DNA of 64,000 nt from Bdellovibrionia bacterium. GTDB taxonomy: Bacteria; Bdellovibrionota; Bdellovibrionia; Bdellovibrionales; JAUICD01. Position numbers and translations under genes: made by a program. The notes under the pieces were generated by a model, which saw nothing but the letters and a program-made list of their open reading frames with translations, ran no database searches and had not been told where the DNA came from. Location: NCBI GenBank assembly GCA_030427965.1, contig JAUICD010000001.1:82625-146624 (forward strand). Direction: 5' to 3'. Each line of letters begins with the position of its first letter. Position 1 is the stretch's first letter. Positions 25,438 through 34,939 of this stretch are shown in pieces.

Positions 25438-26951
25438 TCTCCAGATGCCCTTTTGGGAACAAGGTCGGCCGCGCAACCGCGGTCGACAATTCTAATTTCA
25501 CCTAAATCAATAAACATCTCTGCGACTTTCCGATTTTCCTCTGAGAGGTTATTGAAGTCCTTTTTTGATATCAAAGTCAGTGTATTTTCTATTGGTTCAT
25601 TTCCGATATTTGTTTCTTCACTAGGTAAGCTTTTTCCTTGCGAATTTTCTTCAATCCAACTTTTAAAACGACCTCGAAAGACACCAATGTGTAAGCTTTT
25701 GCTTAAGCGTTTCTGATAAAATTGAAATGTTTCCTTAACCCAATCACGGAACATCCATCCTGCGGTTCCCCATGCTGAGAGTCCAAGTCCTGCAAAGATG
25801 ATGTTACTAAGCTCGTAGTTTTCCACCAGAAGAAGTCCTGCGGCGCTGGCGTAGACGAGTGAAGCGAGGCATGCAATAACATCGGCTTTCAAGTTGGCAT
25901 GTCTGTCAAACTCAGGGCTACTTTTATCTACAATTTCAGGATCTCCATTTCGTCGAATATGGCTACCAACAATTTCCCACATACCTTGTGAAAGTGTTGT
26001 CAGTGTAATTCCCCAAAAAAGATTTCCAAATCCAAATTCAGCAGGCCCTAGATTTGCGACAAGACGTGATACTTCGGTTGCGCTTAGAAAAAGCCCTTCA
26101 AGTACAAGTCCCCATTTGACCCAGATTGAAAATGCATCGATGGAAAGTCTCCGAAGAGGTGTTGTTCCATATTTTTTTTGTACGCGAGTTGTGACAGGGT
26201 CTTCGATTGCCCATTCACCGTAATGGGGGTTGGTTATCTGAAGGCTTGCTGAGATCAGTCCTGCAGTGAGGGCAACTGGCATTGCCGACATAATAGATGC
26301 TCCCTCATTGATCACAATACTTCCAGCCATCACGCCGCCAGTCCCAAAAATTCGAAAAACAGAGAAGAGGAGATTTCTTTTGGAGAACATCACATCTTTT
26401 TTACTTATAAACTCGGCGTATGTTTCTTGTAGGAATGATTTACTCTTTTTAAAAATTCCTTTGGAGACATTTACGTCAAGTGAGTCGACTTCTACAGAGG
26501 TGTCACCAAGTGTCTCCCCGAGTCTTTTGGTGACTTCCTCTAGTTCACTTGGATCAAGGTATGAGTTACGTGGATCTTCGATTCCTTGAACATCTGTAAT
26601 ATCAGAAAGTTCGTCTTTGAAGACAGATTGAACCTCTTCAGCGACTCTCTGGCCAAGTTCTTCATGTGTTTCACCTGGAAGAGGTGTCACTTCACCAAGA
26701 GTGATTTCAACGTGGCCAAGCTCACCATTTTCTCCTAGTGGAACTGTGACACGCGTTATATTTTCAGCATTTGTTGGATTGTCTGTTTCAGCTATTGCGG
26801 CAAAAGATGAGAGCAAAAGACAGCTGAGCACAAGTAATGCCACAACATCTCTTTTAAGGCTTCTGTACGTTAATCTAGAAATTCTACGCAAAATCACTTC
26901 TTGCCCTTGCCACTGCATTTCACCTAAATAAGGTTTCCTTATAACCCTCAA
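25434..26951 (-). CDS. hypothetical multi-pass membrane protein with acidic N-terminal exodomain
   Basis: Signal/TM segment, D/E-rich region, then several hydrophobic helices. No family recognised; start uncertain. Confidence 0.45.
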   Translation of the reverse strand: MRVIRKPYLGEMQWQGQEVILRRISRLTYRSLKRDVVALLVLSCLLLSSFAAIAETDNPTNAENITRVTVPLGENGELGHVEITLGEVTPLPGETHEELGQRVAEEVQSVFKDELSDITDVQGIEDPRNSYLDPSELEEVTKRLGETLGDTSVEVDSLDVNVSKGIFKKSKSFLQETYAEFISKKDVMFSKRNLLFSVFRIFGTGGVMAGSIVINEGASIMSAMPVALTAGLISASLQITNPHYGEWAIEDPVTTRVQKKYGTTPLRRLSIDAFSIWVKWGLVLEGLFLSATEVSRLVANLGPAEFGFGNLFWGITLTTLSQGMWEIVGSHIRRNGDPEIVDKSSPEFDRHANLKADVIACLASLVYASAAGLLLVENYELSNIIFAGLGLSAWGTAGWMFRDWVKETFQFYQKRLSKSLHIGVFRGRFKSWIEENSQGKSLPSEETNIGNEPIENTLTLISKKDFNNLSEENRKVAEMFIDLGEIRIVDRGCAADLVPKRASGD

Positions 26952-27151
26952 AAGCCCTGCTTCTCACGCCATGTGTAAATATATGATATTAAAGAGGAAT
27001 TCTCAATTTATTTAGTTATCTTTAAAATTTTTTCAGTGATTTCAAAAGTTTATACAAGTATTGCTTATGGGTCTTATAAATCTCTTTTCAGTTCCTACAT
27101 TTGTTGTCATTGTAGGCGCATAAATCTATAGGTAGCCTCTATGAGGTAATT

Positions 27152-28075
27152 ATGGCTCAAGCGATATTAAAAAAGCCAACTTGGCTAAAAGTAAAAGCGC
27201 CCGTAACAGAAAGTTATGCGGACTTGAAAAGCATGTTCAAATCTTTGGGCCTTGCAACAGTTTGCCAAGAGGCGCGTTGTCCCAACATTGGGGAATGTTG
27301 GGGTGGGGGAACTGCAACTATAATGATTATGGGAGATACTTGTACACGTGGATGTCGGTTTTGTGCTGTAAAAACAGGGAACCCTCGTGGTGTTATAGAC
27401 AACAAAGAGCCTGAGAAAGTGGGCGGTGCTGTTGCAAAAATGAAGCTTGATTACGTGGTCCTTACAAGTGTGGATCGAGATGACCTTCTTGACCAAGGTG
27501 CGGATCATTTTGGACGGACTGTAGAGACGATCAAAGATCGAAATTCCAAAATTATTGTGGAAGTATTGACCCCGGATTTTCAAGGAAATTTAGAGCATAT
27601 CAATCGAGTTGTGGACTCCAGGCCAGATGTTTTTGCTCACAATATTGAAACCGTGGAAAGACTAACGCCAAAGGTGCGAGATGCTAAAGCAGGGTACCGT
27701 CAGTCTTTGTATGTTTTAGAAAAGGTGAAAGAAAGAGCCCCTTCCCAGTACACGAAAACGTCAATCATGTTGGGTATCGGAGAACAGGATTATGAAATTC
27801 ATCAGGCACTCAAAGATTTGAGAGATGTGGGTTGTGATGTTGTAACTTTTGGACAGTACCTTCAGCCGACAATGAGACATTTGAAGCTTCATAATTTTGT
27901 CACTCCTGAAAAGTTTGAGTATTGGAAGAACACAGCCGAAGCCATGGGGTTTTTATATGTGGCAAGCGGGCCACTTGTTCGAAGTTCTTATCGAGCCGGA
28001 GAGTTTTTTATGAAAGGTGTAATTGAAAAGAAAAAAAATAAAGAGACAACGAGAGAGGGAGCAACAAATGTCTAA
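27152..28075 (+). CDS. lipA: lipoyl synthase
   Basis: Auxiliary cluster motif CPNIGECW and radical-SAM motif CTRGCRFCAV. Confidence 0.95.
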   Translation: MAQAILKKPTWLKVKAPVTESYADLKSMFKSLGLATVCQEARCPNIGECWGGGTATIMIMGDTCTRGCRFCAVKTGNPRGVIDNKEPEKVGGAVAKMKLDYVVLTSVDRDDLLDQGADHFGRTVETIKDRNSKIIVEVLTPDFQGNLEHINRVVDSRPDVFAHNIETVERLTPKVRDAKAGYRQSLYVLEKVKERAPSQYTKTSIMLGIGEQDYEIHQALKDLRDVGCDVVTFGQYLQPTMRHLKLHNFVTPEKFEYWKNTAEAMGFLYVASGPLVRSSYRAGEFFMKGVIEKKKNKETTREGATNV

Positions 28076-29369
28076 GCAAAATATTGAATTACCAGAAATT
28101 GGTGAGGGAGTAACTGAGGGAGAGTTGGTACAATGGCTTGTGAAACCAGGCGACACAGTGACAGTAGATCAACCTCTTGCAGAAGTCTTAACAGATAAAG
28201 CAACTGTAGAAATTCCAAGTTCTGTAAACGGAACAGTGGTTGAGACGAAGGGAAGTGAAGGGGATGTGATTGAGGTAGGTCAAACCCTAATGATTGTTGA
28301 CACCTCTGGTGCAAAGGCGAGCGAAAGCAAACCCGAAGTATCTGAAGCAAAAAATAATTCTGAACCTAAGAGCCCTGCTCCAACTTCAGCAGAAATAGAA
28401 AACAAGCCTTTGCGACAGCCGATGCAGGCTGTTTCAAGTGGAATGGAGGTTCATCCGCCCGTTGCTGAGTCTCGAGTTTTGGCGACGCCTTCGACAAGAA
28501 GATTGGCGCGTGAGCTTAACGTGGATATCAATCAAATCAATGGTTCTGGTAACGCTGGGCGCGTGACTCGTGAAGATGTGCGCGGAGTTTCCTCAGGAGC
28601 TGGAGCAACTTTAGCAGGACAACCTGCCTACCAATCTCCAAGACGAAATGTGGAGTACCAAAACTTTGAAGATGAAAGGGTTCCTCTTAGAGGAATTCGA
28701 AGAAAAATTGCTGAGAAAATGCAAATGGCAAAACGTGTGGTTCCACATTTTAGCTTGATGGATGAGGCCGATGTTACAGAACTTGTAAAAATGCGCGAGC
28801 AGATCAAAGAAGATTTTAAGAAACAAGATATCAAAGTGACATATTTGCCATTTGTTATAAAAGCGGTTATCGCGACATCACGTGAGTTTCCGATGTTCAA
28901 TGCAAGTATTGATGACGATGCTGGGGAAATTGTTTATAAGAAATCATTTAACATTGGTTTTGCAGCAGACACTCCACAGGGATTGATGGTTCCAGTCATC
29001 AAAAATGCAGATCAAAAAACTTTGATTGAAATTTCACAAGAGATTATGGAGCTTTCTTATAAAGCACGTGATGGAAAGCTTGCATTAGAAGACCTTCAGG
29101 GCGCGACGATCAGTATAACAAATATCGGTAGCATTGGCGGGTCCTACGCCACCCCGATCATCAACCATCCGGAAGTTGCGATTATTGGAATGTACAAGAT
29201 TCAAAAACGACCTGTGTACAGGGGGGATCAAGTTGTTCCAGCCCATATTATGAATTTTTCGTGTACGGCAGATCATAGATTGATCGATGGGGCAGTTGCG
29301 GCAAGGTACTTGGCAGCTTTGATTCAGCGTTTGGAGAATCCAAGTCGTCTGATGATGGACATGATGTAG
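28068..29369 (+). CDS. dihydrolipoamide acyltransferase (E2) of a 2-oxoacid dehydrogenase complex
   Basis: Single lipoyl domain (EVLTDKATVEIPS), peripheral subunit-binding domain (ATPSTRRLAREL), catalytic DHRLIDG. ATG 28068 overlaps the lipA 3' end by 8 nt. Confidence 0.92.
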   Translation: MSKQNIELPEIGEGVTEGELVQWLVKPGDTVTVDQPLAEVLTDKATVEIPSSVNGTVVETKGSEGDVIEVGQTLMIVDTSGAKASESKPEVSEAKNNSEPKSPAPTSAEIENKPLRQPMQAVSSGMEVHPPVAESRVLATPSTRRLARELNVDINQINGSGNAGRVTREDVRGVSSGAGATLAGQPAYQSPRRNVEYQNFEDERVPLRGIRRKIAEKMQMAKRVVPHFSLMDEADVTELVKMREQIKEDFKKQDIKVTYLPFVIKAVIATSREFPMFNASIDDDAGEIVYKKSFNIGFAADTPQGLMVPVIKNADQKTLIEISQEIMELSYKARDGKLALEDLQGATISITNIGSIGGSYATPIINHPEVAIIGMYKIQKRPVYRGDQVVPAHIMNFSCTADHRLIDGAVAARYLAALIQRLENPSRLMMDMM

Positions 29370-29375
29370 GGAGTG

Positions 29376-30833
29376 ATGATGAGTGAAGTCTATGATGTTT
29401 GTGTGATTGGCGCTGGTCCAGGCGGATATGTGGCAGCAATTCGTTCTGCACAGTTGGGTTTGAAAACTGCAATTGTTGAAAGAGAGTTTGTGGGTGGAGT
29501 TTGCTTAAATGTGGGCTGTATTCCATCAAAAGCAATGATTTCTGCAGCACATTTCCTTCACCGTGTTCAACATGATGCTGACGAGATGGGTATTAAAATT
29601 GGCGGGAAAGTGGACGTTGATTTTAAAAAGCTTCAGTCATGGAAGCAATCTGTTTGCGATAAAATGTCAGGTGGTGTGACTCAGTTATTAAAAGGCAACA
29701 ACGTTGATATTTTAAATGGTGAAGCGACATTTGTTGGAGAAGACAAAATTTCTATTCGTTCAAAGGCGGGGGCACAGCAGGTCAAAGCCAAAAACTTTGT
29801 TATTGCAACTGGCTCTCGACCAATTGAAATCCCTGGATTCAAGTTTGACGAAAAAATAGTCTTGTCATCAACAGGTGGTTTGGCTCTAGAGTCTCCGCCA
29901 AAACATTTGGTTGTGATTGGCGGAGGGTATATTGGTCTTGAGATCGGTGGGTTTTTGTCAAAACTAGGCTCTAAGATCACTGTGCTTGAAGCGGCAGACA
30001 AACTTTTTGGTGGTCTTGTTGAAAGCGATGCTGTTCAAGTTGTAGCTCGAAAATTAAAAAAACAGGGTGTTGAAATTATCACTGGAGCTAAGGCACTTGG
30101 GTTTAAAAAATCTGGTAAGGGTGTTGAGGTCGAGTACGAGGTAGGCGGTAAAAAACAAAAAATTGGTGCAGATAAAATTTTGGTGACTGTTGGCCGTAAG
30201 CCAAATTCAGATCAACTCAACTTAAAAGAAATTGGTGTTCAATTTGATGAGCGTGGATTTATAAAAGTGAATCCACAAATGAAGACCAACAAATCAGGGC
30301 TATATGCGATTGGAGATATTGCGGGTCAACCTATGCTTGCGCACAAAGCCTCCCATGAAGGCGTGCTTGTTGCTGAGGTTATATCGGGGAAGAATCGTGT
30401 ATTTGATGCGAAGACTGTGCCTGCAGTTATCTTTACAGATCCAGAGATTGCTTCAGTTGGTAGAACAGAGGCGGAATGTAAAAAAGATGGTTTTACAGAA
30501 CTGAGCATTGGAAAATTTCCTTTTGGTGCAAATGGTAGAGCTGTTTCAATTATGGAAACAGATGGGTTTGTTAAGATTATCGCTGATAAAAAGACCAATG
30601 TTGTACTTGGTGTACATATTGTAGGCCCAGAGGCGAGCAATCTTATTAGTGAAGCAGCTCTTGCGATTGAAATGGGAGCAACTCTTGAGGATCTTGCTTT
30701 GACCATACACCCACATCCAACATTGGGTGAAACTGTGATGGAATGTGCTGAGGCAGCATTGGGCCATGCAATCCATATTATTCAAAAGCCTTTAGGCGGA
30801 CCATCTAAAAGGCGACCGGGAGCAAGTGCTTGA
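29376..30833 (+). CDS. lpd: dihydrolipoyl dehydrogenase (E3)
   Basis: GAGPGGY FAD motif, redox disulfide GGVCLNVGCIPSK, C-terminal HPHPTLGE. Confidence 0.93.
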   Translation: MMSEVYDVCVIGAGPGGYVAAIRSAQLGLKTAIVEREFVGGVCLNVGCIPSKAMISAAHFLHRVQHDADEMGIKIGGKVDVDFKKLQSWKQSVCDKMSGGVTQLLKGNNVDILNGEATFVGEDKISIRSKAGAQQVKAKNFVIATGSRPIEIPGFKFDEKIVLSSTGGLALESPPKHLVVIGGGYIGLEIGGFLSKLGSKITVLEAADKLFGGLVESDAVQVVARKLKKQGVEIITGAKALGFKKSGKGVEVEYEVGGKKQKIGADKILVTVGRKPNSDQLNLKEIGVQFDERGFIKVNPQMKTNKSGLYAIGDIAGQPMLAHKASHEGVLVAEVISGKNRVFDAKTVPAVIFTDPEIASVGRTEAECKKDGFTELSIGKFPFGANGRAVSIMETDGFVKIIADKKTNVVLGVHIVGPEASNLISEAALAIEMGATLEDLALTIHPHPTLGETVMECAEAALGHAIHIIQKPLGGPSKRRPGASA

Positions 30834-31486
30834 GAACTGTCGACCTGGGACTTGTTGAGTATAACCAAGCTTTGAAGTTTCAGTTAGATACGCTCGAAGA
30901 TGTGAAACAGGGTGCGGATGAAACATTGATTGTTTGTTCACATCCTCGAGTATTGACTCGAGGACGCGCCACTGAAGACACAGATATTGAAGAATGGAAC
31001 GGAGAGATCGTCGATGTTCAAAGAGGTGGACGAGTCACCTTTCACAGTCCTGGTCAAATTATTGTCTATCCAATTGTGAATTTAAAAAGCCGTGGTAATG
31101 ACCTTCATCGATTTTTAAGAAATCTTGAAGATGGTGTTATCGAATTGCTGAAAACATTTGATATTCATTCAGTACGTGAAGAGGGGGCCACTGGTGTTTG
31201 GGTGAGTGACAAAAAAATCGCCTCAATTGGAATTGCTGCTAAAAATTGGATTTCTTATCACGGGGTTTCATTTAACTATCAGAACGAATTCAGTGAAAGC
31301 GGTAAATTTCTGGCCTGTGGGTTCTCGCAATCCAATATGATTGGCCTTGATGAACTCATGGTTGATGATTTGCCACCTAGAGAGCTGGTGACTTTTCGTC
31401 TGATAAAAATCTACAAGGAAATTTTTAAAAAAGTACGGCCGACCTTTGAAATACGTCGACCTGATGACCATCTGTCACCGGAGTGA
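30830..31486 (+). CDS. lipB: octanoyltransferase (lipoyl(octanoyl) transferase)
   Basis: LipB-like RGGRVTFHSPGQ motif and KIASIG catalytic Lys context. TTG start overlaps the lpd stop. Confidence 0.86.
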   Translation: MRTVDLGLVEYNQALKFQLDTLEDVKQGADETLIVCSHPRVLTRGRATEDTDIEEWNGEIVDVQRGGRVTFHSPGQIIVYPIVNLKSRGNDLHRFLRNLEDGVIELLKTFDIHSVREEGATGVWVSDKKIASIGIAAKNWISYHGVSFNYQNEFSESGKFLACGFSQSNMIGLDELMVDDLPPRELVTFRLIKIYKEIFKKVRPTFEIRRPDDHLSPE

Positions 31487-31522
31487 TGTCTTTCAAAGGC
31501 AGGTCGTGCCTTTTTACAGAGA

Positions 31523-31837
31523 TTAATTGGAACGATTGCGCTTTTCTTTACAGAGACACTGTCCAAGGCTCCAGCGAAAGAAGTAGGAGGGCCTGTAGCT
31601 TGTGTGGCAAAAGGCTTTTCTGCAGGAAGCAATCTCTCCCTCATCACAAGAGGCTGAACATTCTCCTACGTATATAATCGTATCACCGCATACGAATTCT
31701 GGCCATGTGGATTCACAATAAGTGTGGTCGTCTAAGTGGACAACAGTACCATACTCGTCAGTCCCAGCAAGGCTTTGGTGAGAATATGTGGATATAAGAA
31801 AAAGCATTGTAACTATAGTTTTGATTATTAAGTTCAT
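31523..31837 (-). CDS. small secreted cysteine-rich protein (8 Cys in mature part)
   Basis: Start taken at MNLIIKTIVTMLFLISTYSHQSLAG (signal peptide). The mature ~80 aa carries 8 cysteines and a basic C-terminus. No family recognised. Confidence 0.45.
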   Translation of the reverse strand: MNLIIKTIVTMLFLISTYSHQSLAGTDEYGTVVHLDDHTYCESTWPEFVCGDTIIYVGECSASCDEGEIASCRKAFCHTSYRPSYFFRWSLGQCLCKEKRNRSN

Positions 31838-31971
31838 GGCTTTAAAAAACACAATCTCAAAAAAGTCACAACCTCTTATAGATGATAGATATTTTTTTCA
31901 TAATGAAATACTAACGATAGGGCTCCGGGCCTTTTCACCTTGGCAGAATTCTCAAGTGTTTTTTTAAGCTA

Positions 31972-32379
31972 TTATTTTTTTTCTGTTGTTATTGCAAATT
32001 TCAAAATACCTGCGGTTTTTATCGCATCAATGACTGAAATGACTCGTCCATGACTCACATCTTGATCAGCTGAAATAATAGCTTGGACTTCAGGGTTTTC
32101 GGCAATTGAACTTCTTGCCCTTTCATTTAGAGCCTCAAGTGTGATTTCTTTGCCATTGACCTGAATTTTTCCATCAGCTGCAACAGCAACCGTTAACTGC
32201 GAGGGTACGGATTCTTCACCAGAAACGGCTTTGGGAAGTTGAATCTTAATGCTTGGTTGCATAATCATTGGAGTGGTCACCATAAAGATGATCAACACAA
32301 CAAGGATGATATCTACAAATGGAGTTACATTGATACTTGATATTGGTTCGTCATCTCCTGAGCCGAGTTGCATTCCCAT
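31972..32379 (-). CDS. ExbD/TolR-family biopolymer transport protein
   Basis: N-terminal INVTPFVDIILVVLIIFMV with the conserved Asp in the TM helix. About 135 aa. Confidence 0.85.
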   Translation of the reverse strand: MGMQLGSGDDEPISSINVTPFVDIILVVLIIFMVTTPMIMQPSIKIQLPKAVSGEESVPSQLTVAVAADGKIQVNGKEITLEALNERARSSIAENPEVQAIISADQDVSHGRVISVIDAIKTAGILKFAITTEKK

Positions 32380-32382
32380 AGT

Positions 32383-33036
32383 TTACGCCCGATCCTTTTT
32401 GGGGTTTTGTTTGGAGTAGGCGACACAGAGTTCTCTTACACCATCAAGATTATAGAGAATACTTTTCACTTGTCTTTGAAAATAGTTGAATGCAATGACA
32501 GCCGGGATTGCAACAAATAATCCGACGGCAGTTGCAACAAGTGCTTCAGCAATTCCATTCATAACCATAGAGGCATTGTTTCCAATAGCTGTACCTTGAG
32601 TCACTCCAAGGTCTTTAAAAGCTTTCATGATTCCTAAAACTGTACCAAGTAACCCGATGAAGGGAGCGTTGGAGCCAACAGTTGCCAGAAAGTTCAAACC
32701 TCGCTCCAACTTTGGTCTTTCCATAACGACATAGGAGTTGAACACTTCTTCAAAACCCTCATCTTTATTTTCTTTGAAATGGCGTAGAGAAAAATCCAGA
32801 GCTTGCCCTTCAAGTGAGTCGCGATCATGGCGTAAATTTTGAAGCTCCTCTAGCTTATCGTATTGTAAAGCATCTTGAACTTTGGATTTAAACTTGTCGC
32901 TTGCTTTGCGCAGAGATCTCAAATTGATATAACGATCGATCATTATTGCAACGCTAATGACGCTGAGTAAAAGTAAGAGCCACAATATAGCTTCCGCGCC
33001 ATTTTGTGCGACAAGAAAAAGTTTTTGGGTTAACAT
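32383..33036 (-). CDS. MotA/TolQ/ExbB-family proton channel
   Basis: Three TM helices and the conserved C-terminal segment APFIGLLGTVLGIMKAF...ALVATAVGL. Start moved to MLTQKLF (ATG 33036) after AAGGAG. Confidence 0.85.
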   Translation of the reverse strand: MLTQKLFLVAQNGAEAILWLLLLLSVISVAIMIDRYINLRSLRKASDKFKSKVQDALQYDKLEELQNLRHDRDSLEGQALDFSLRHFKENKDEGFEEVFNSYVVMERPKLERGLNFLATVGSNAPFIGLLGTVLGIMKAFKDLGVTQGTAIGNNASMVMNGIAEALVATAVGLFVAIPAVIAFNYFQRQVKSILYNLDGVRELCVAYSKQNPKKDRA

Positions 33037-33101
33037 TTGGACTCCTTGGTCAGTTAATAATGAATTATCCCAAGGGCATGAATTGAGGGTCAAGACAGGC
33101 A

Positions 33102-34919
33102 GTGTTTGCTGAAAAGCGTTATGCATTATTATTGTTACTTTTTTTTCTGAGTTCTTGTGACTTTAGCGGAACGCCTGGGAGATCTGTCCTGGTGCTTGCT
33201 ATAGATTCAATGGCCTTTGAAGATTTGGATTGTGATCAAACCTTTGGGGTTCTTTGTGAGGAATCTGTGCTTTTCTCCAATGCGTACACGACTTCGGTCT
33301 TATCTGTTCCGGCTTTAACATCTATTTTAACTTCAAAATACCCTCTTGAGCACGGAGTTTGGCATAATGGTCGACAATACTTGTCGGGTACAAACGAAAC
33401 TCTTCCTGAAAAACTTGTAAAAAAAGGGGTACGCACGGCCCTCTTTTCTGGTGGACCACCCATTTGGAGAAAATCAGGACTTTCTCAAGGCTTTGAGCTT
33501 TTTGATGACTATATATCTCTTTCTCCCAATCGTCTTTATAGGGGAGCAAAGAAAAATATTGAATTGTTTTTTGAGTGGTTAGATGAAAATGTTGGGAACT
33601 CCTCTTTTTTCTCAGTGATATATTTTCCAGACTTACAGTTTCCCCAAGTGGCAACTCAATCTAACCTAGGTGTTGTTCGAGAAAAAACATATGCTGGTCA
33701 GCTGAGTGAGCTCAATGAGTCGATTGAAGGTTTGGTGAATCAGCTCAAAAGACTAAATCGATGGAAAGACACGACGATAATTTTAGTGGGCCTTAATGGA
33801 CACCCTAAAAGGTTTCGAGAACGAGAGATTGGGGCTTATCAACTTTTTAGTGAGAATATTCGTATTCCGTTACTGATTAAACCGTTTCAAGTTCGAACGG
33901 ATAGAAAGGTCACTTGGAATGTTGATAAGGCTGTCAATCATGTTGATACAAGTCGAGCCATAGAAGAGATTTTTTTGAAAAGACATGCCTCTACACATGT
34001 GGAAAGATTGGGTGAAAGTCGAAGCCTTCTTAAGGTTATGAACTCCAATTCAACAGGGAAGTGGTTAGATCGACTACTCTTGGTGGAATCAGGTTGGCCC
34101 AATTGGCGTCTTAGTGGGAAAACCCGTTTTGGAGTTATAGCAGGAGAGAAATTGGTATTTTATCAAAAACCTCTCCTTGCATTTAATATGTGGTCGGATC
34201 GGTTTCAAGTTTCTCCAGTTGACGTCTCAGATGAAAATTTTAAATTGTTGTATGGCACTATAGAAAAATTTTTATCTAAAAAGGGGTTTGAAAAATTTCA
34301 ATATCCGTCTCGAGAGAAAATTTTTAAATATCAAATTGGGCGTAGAATTTGGAAGTCACAATCTTTATCAGAAGATGGCATGAATGAATTAAAAGCTTTA
34401 TTTCTTGGAAACCCAAATGACAGAGACATTCAGGGGTGGCTTGCATCTCATCTGCTACGTCTTGAAGATTGGAAAGGGTTGCTTCATCTTGGAAAGCGGA
34501 TCAAGAATGATATTCTTATATATGTGGCAAGTGAAAATTTAGGAATCCCACTTAATACCTTAGTTGATAGCTGTTTTAAACTGCTAGAGAAAGAAAACTT
34601 ATCTCCAGATGAAGCTTTGGGTTCATTTCGTGTTTGCAATGACGATCAGTTTTTGAGATTTTTAGCTTGGATGCGGGCACACAATTTGAAGAGAGATGCG
34701 GAGCCATTTCTTGAAAGTTTTATTCGAGGACACTACTACTGGGCTCTGGATGAAATTGTGCAGGCTTATAATTGGGGGAACAACAGGGTGTGGGACACCT
34801 CTGAAAGAGATCAATTGTTTCCTACGCGTGTACTACTTGCGTGGTCACTTCCTAAGTTTAGAAAGTTTCGAAATATTGCGAACCAAAGATTGCAACTTCT
34901 AACAAACGAGATAGAGTAA
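33102..34919 (+). CDS. alkaline-phosphatase-superfamily (sulfatase-like) lipoprotein with helical C-terminal region
   Basis: GTG start, lipobox FFLSSC. VLVLAIDSM and SVLSVPALTSILTSKYPLEHGV align to the sulfatase core, but the C/S-x-P-x-R motif reads S-V-P-A-L. Confidence 0.5.
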   Translation: MFAEKRYALLLLLFFLSSCDFSGTPGRSVLVLAIDSMAFEDLDCDQTFGVLCEESVLFSNAYTTSVLSVPALTSILTSKYPLEHGVWHNGRQYLSGTNETLPEKLVKKGVRTALFSGGPPIWRKSGLSQGFELFDDYISLSPNRLYRGAKKNIELFFEWLDENVGNSSFFSVIYFPDLQFPQVATQSNLGVVREKTYAGQLSELNESIEGLVNQLKRLNRWKDTTIILVGLNGHPKRFREREIGAYQLFSENIRIPLLIKPFQVRTDRKVTWNVDKAVNHVDTSRAIEEIFLKRHASTHVERLGESRSLLKVMNSNSTGKWLDRLLLVESGWPNWRLSGKTRFGVIAGEKLVFYQKPLLAFNMWSDRFQVSPVDVSDENFKLLYGTIEKFLSKKGFEKFQYPSREKIFKYQIGRRIWKSQSLSEDGMNELKALFLGNPNDRDIQGWLASHLLRLEDWKGLLHLGKRIKNDILIYVASENLGIPLNTLVDSCFKLLEKENLSPDEALGSFRVCNDDQFLRFLAWMRAHNLKRDAEPFLESFIRGHYYWALDEIVQAYNWGNNRVWDTSERDQLFPTRVLLAWSLPKFRKFRNIANQRLQLLTNEIE

Positions 34920-34939
34920 TTGTTGTGCAGAAATTTTAT

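Noticed and set aside
27185-27583. 132-aa minus-strand ORF, plus the 27181-27414 (+) and 27214-27405 (-) ORFs, within lipA.
   Set aside because: lipA is unambiguous (both Fe-S cluster motifs in frame). The alternatives are Cys/Thr-rich junk frames.
29681-30706. Minus-strand ORFs 29681-30001, 30326-30706 and 30546-30785, and plus-strand ORF 30304-30504, within lpd.
   Set aside because: lpd is unambiguous (FAD, disulfide and interface motifs). The alternatives are typical long antisense or off-frame ORFs.
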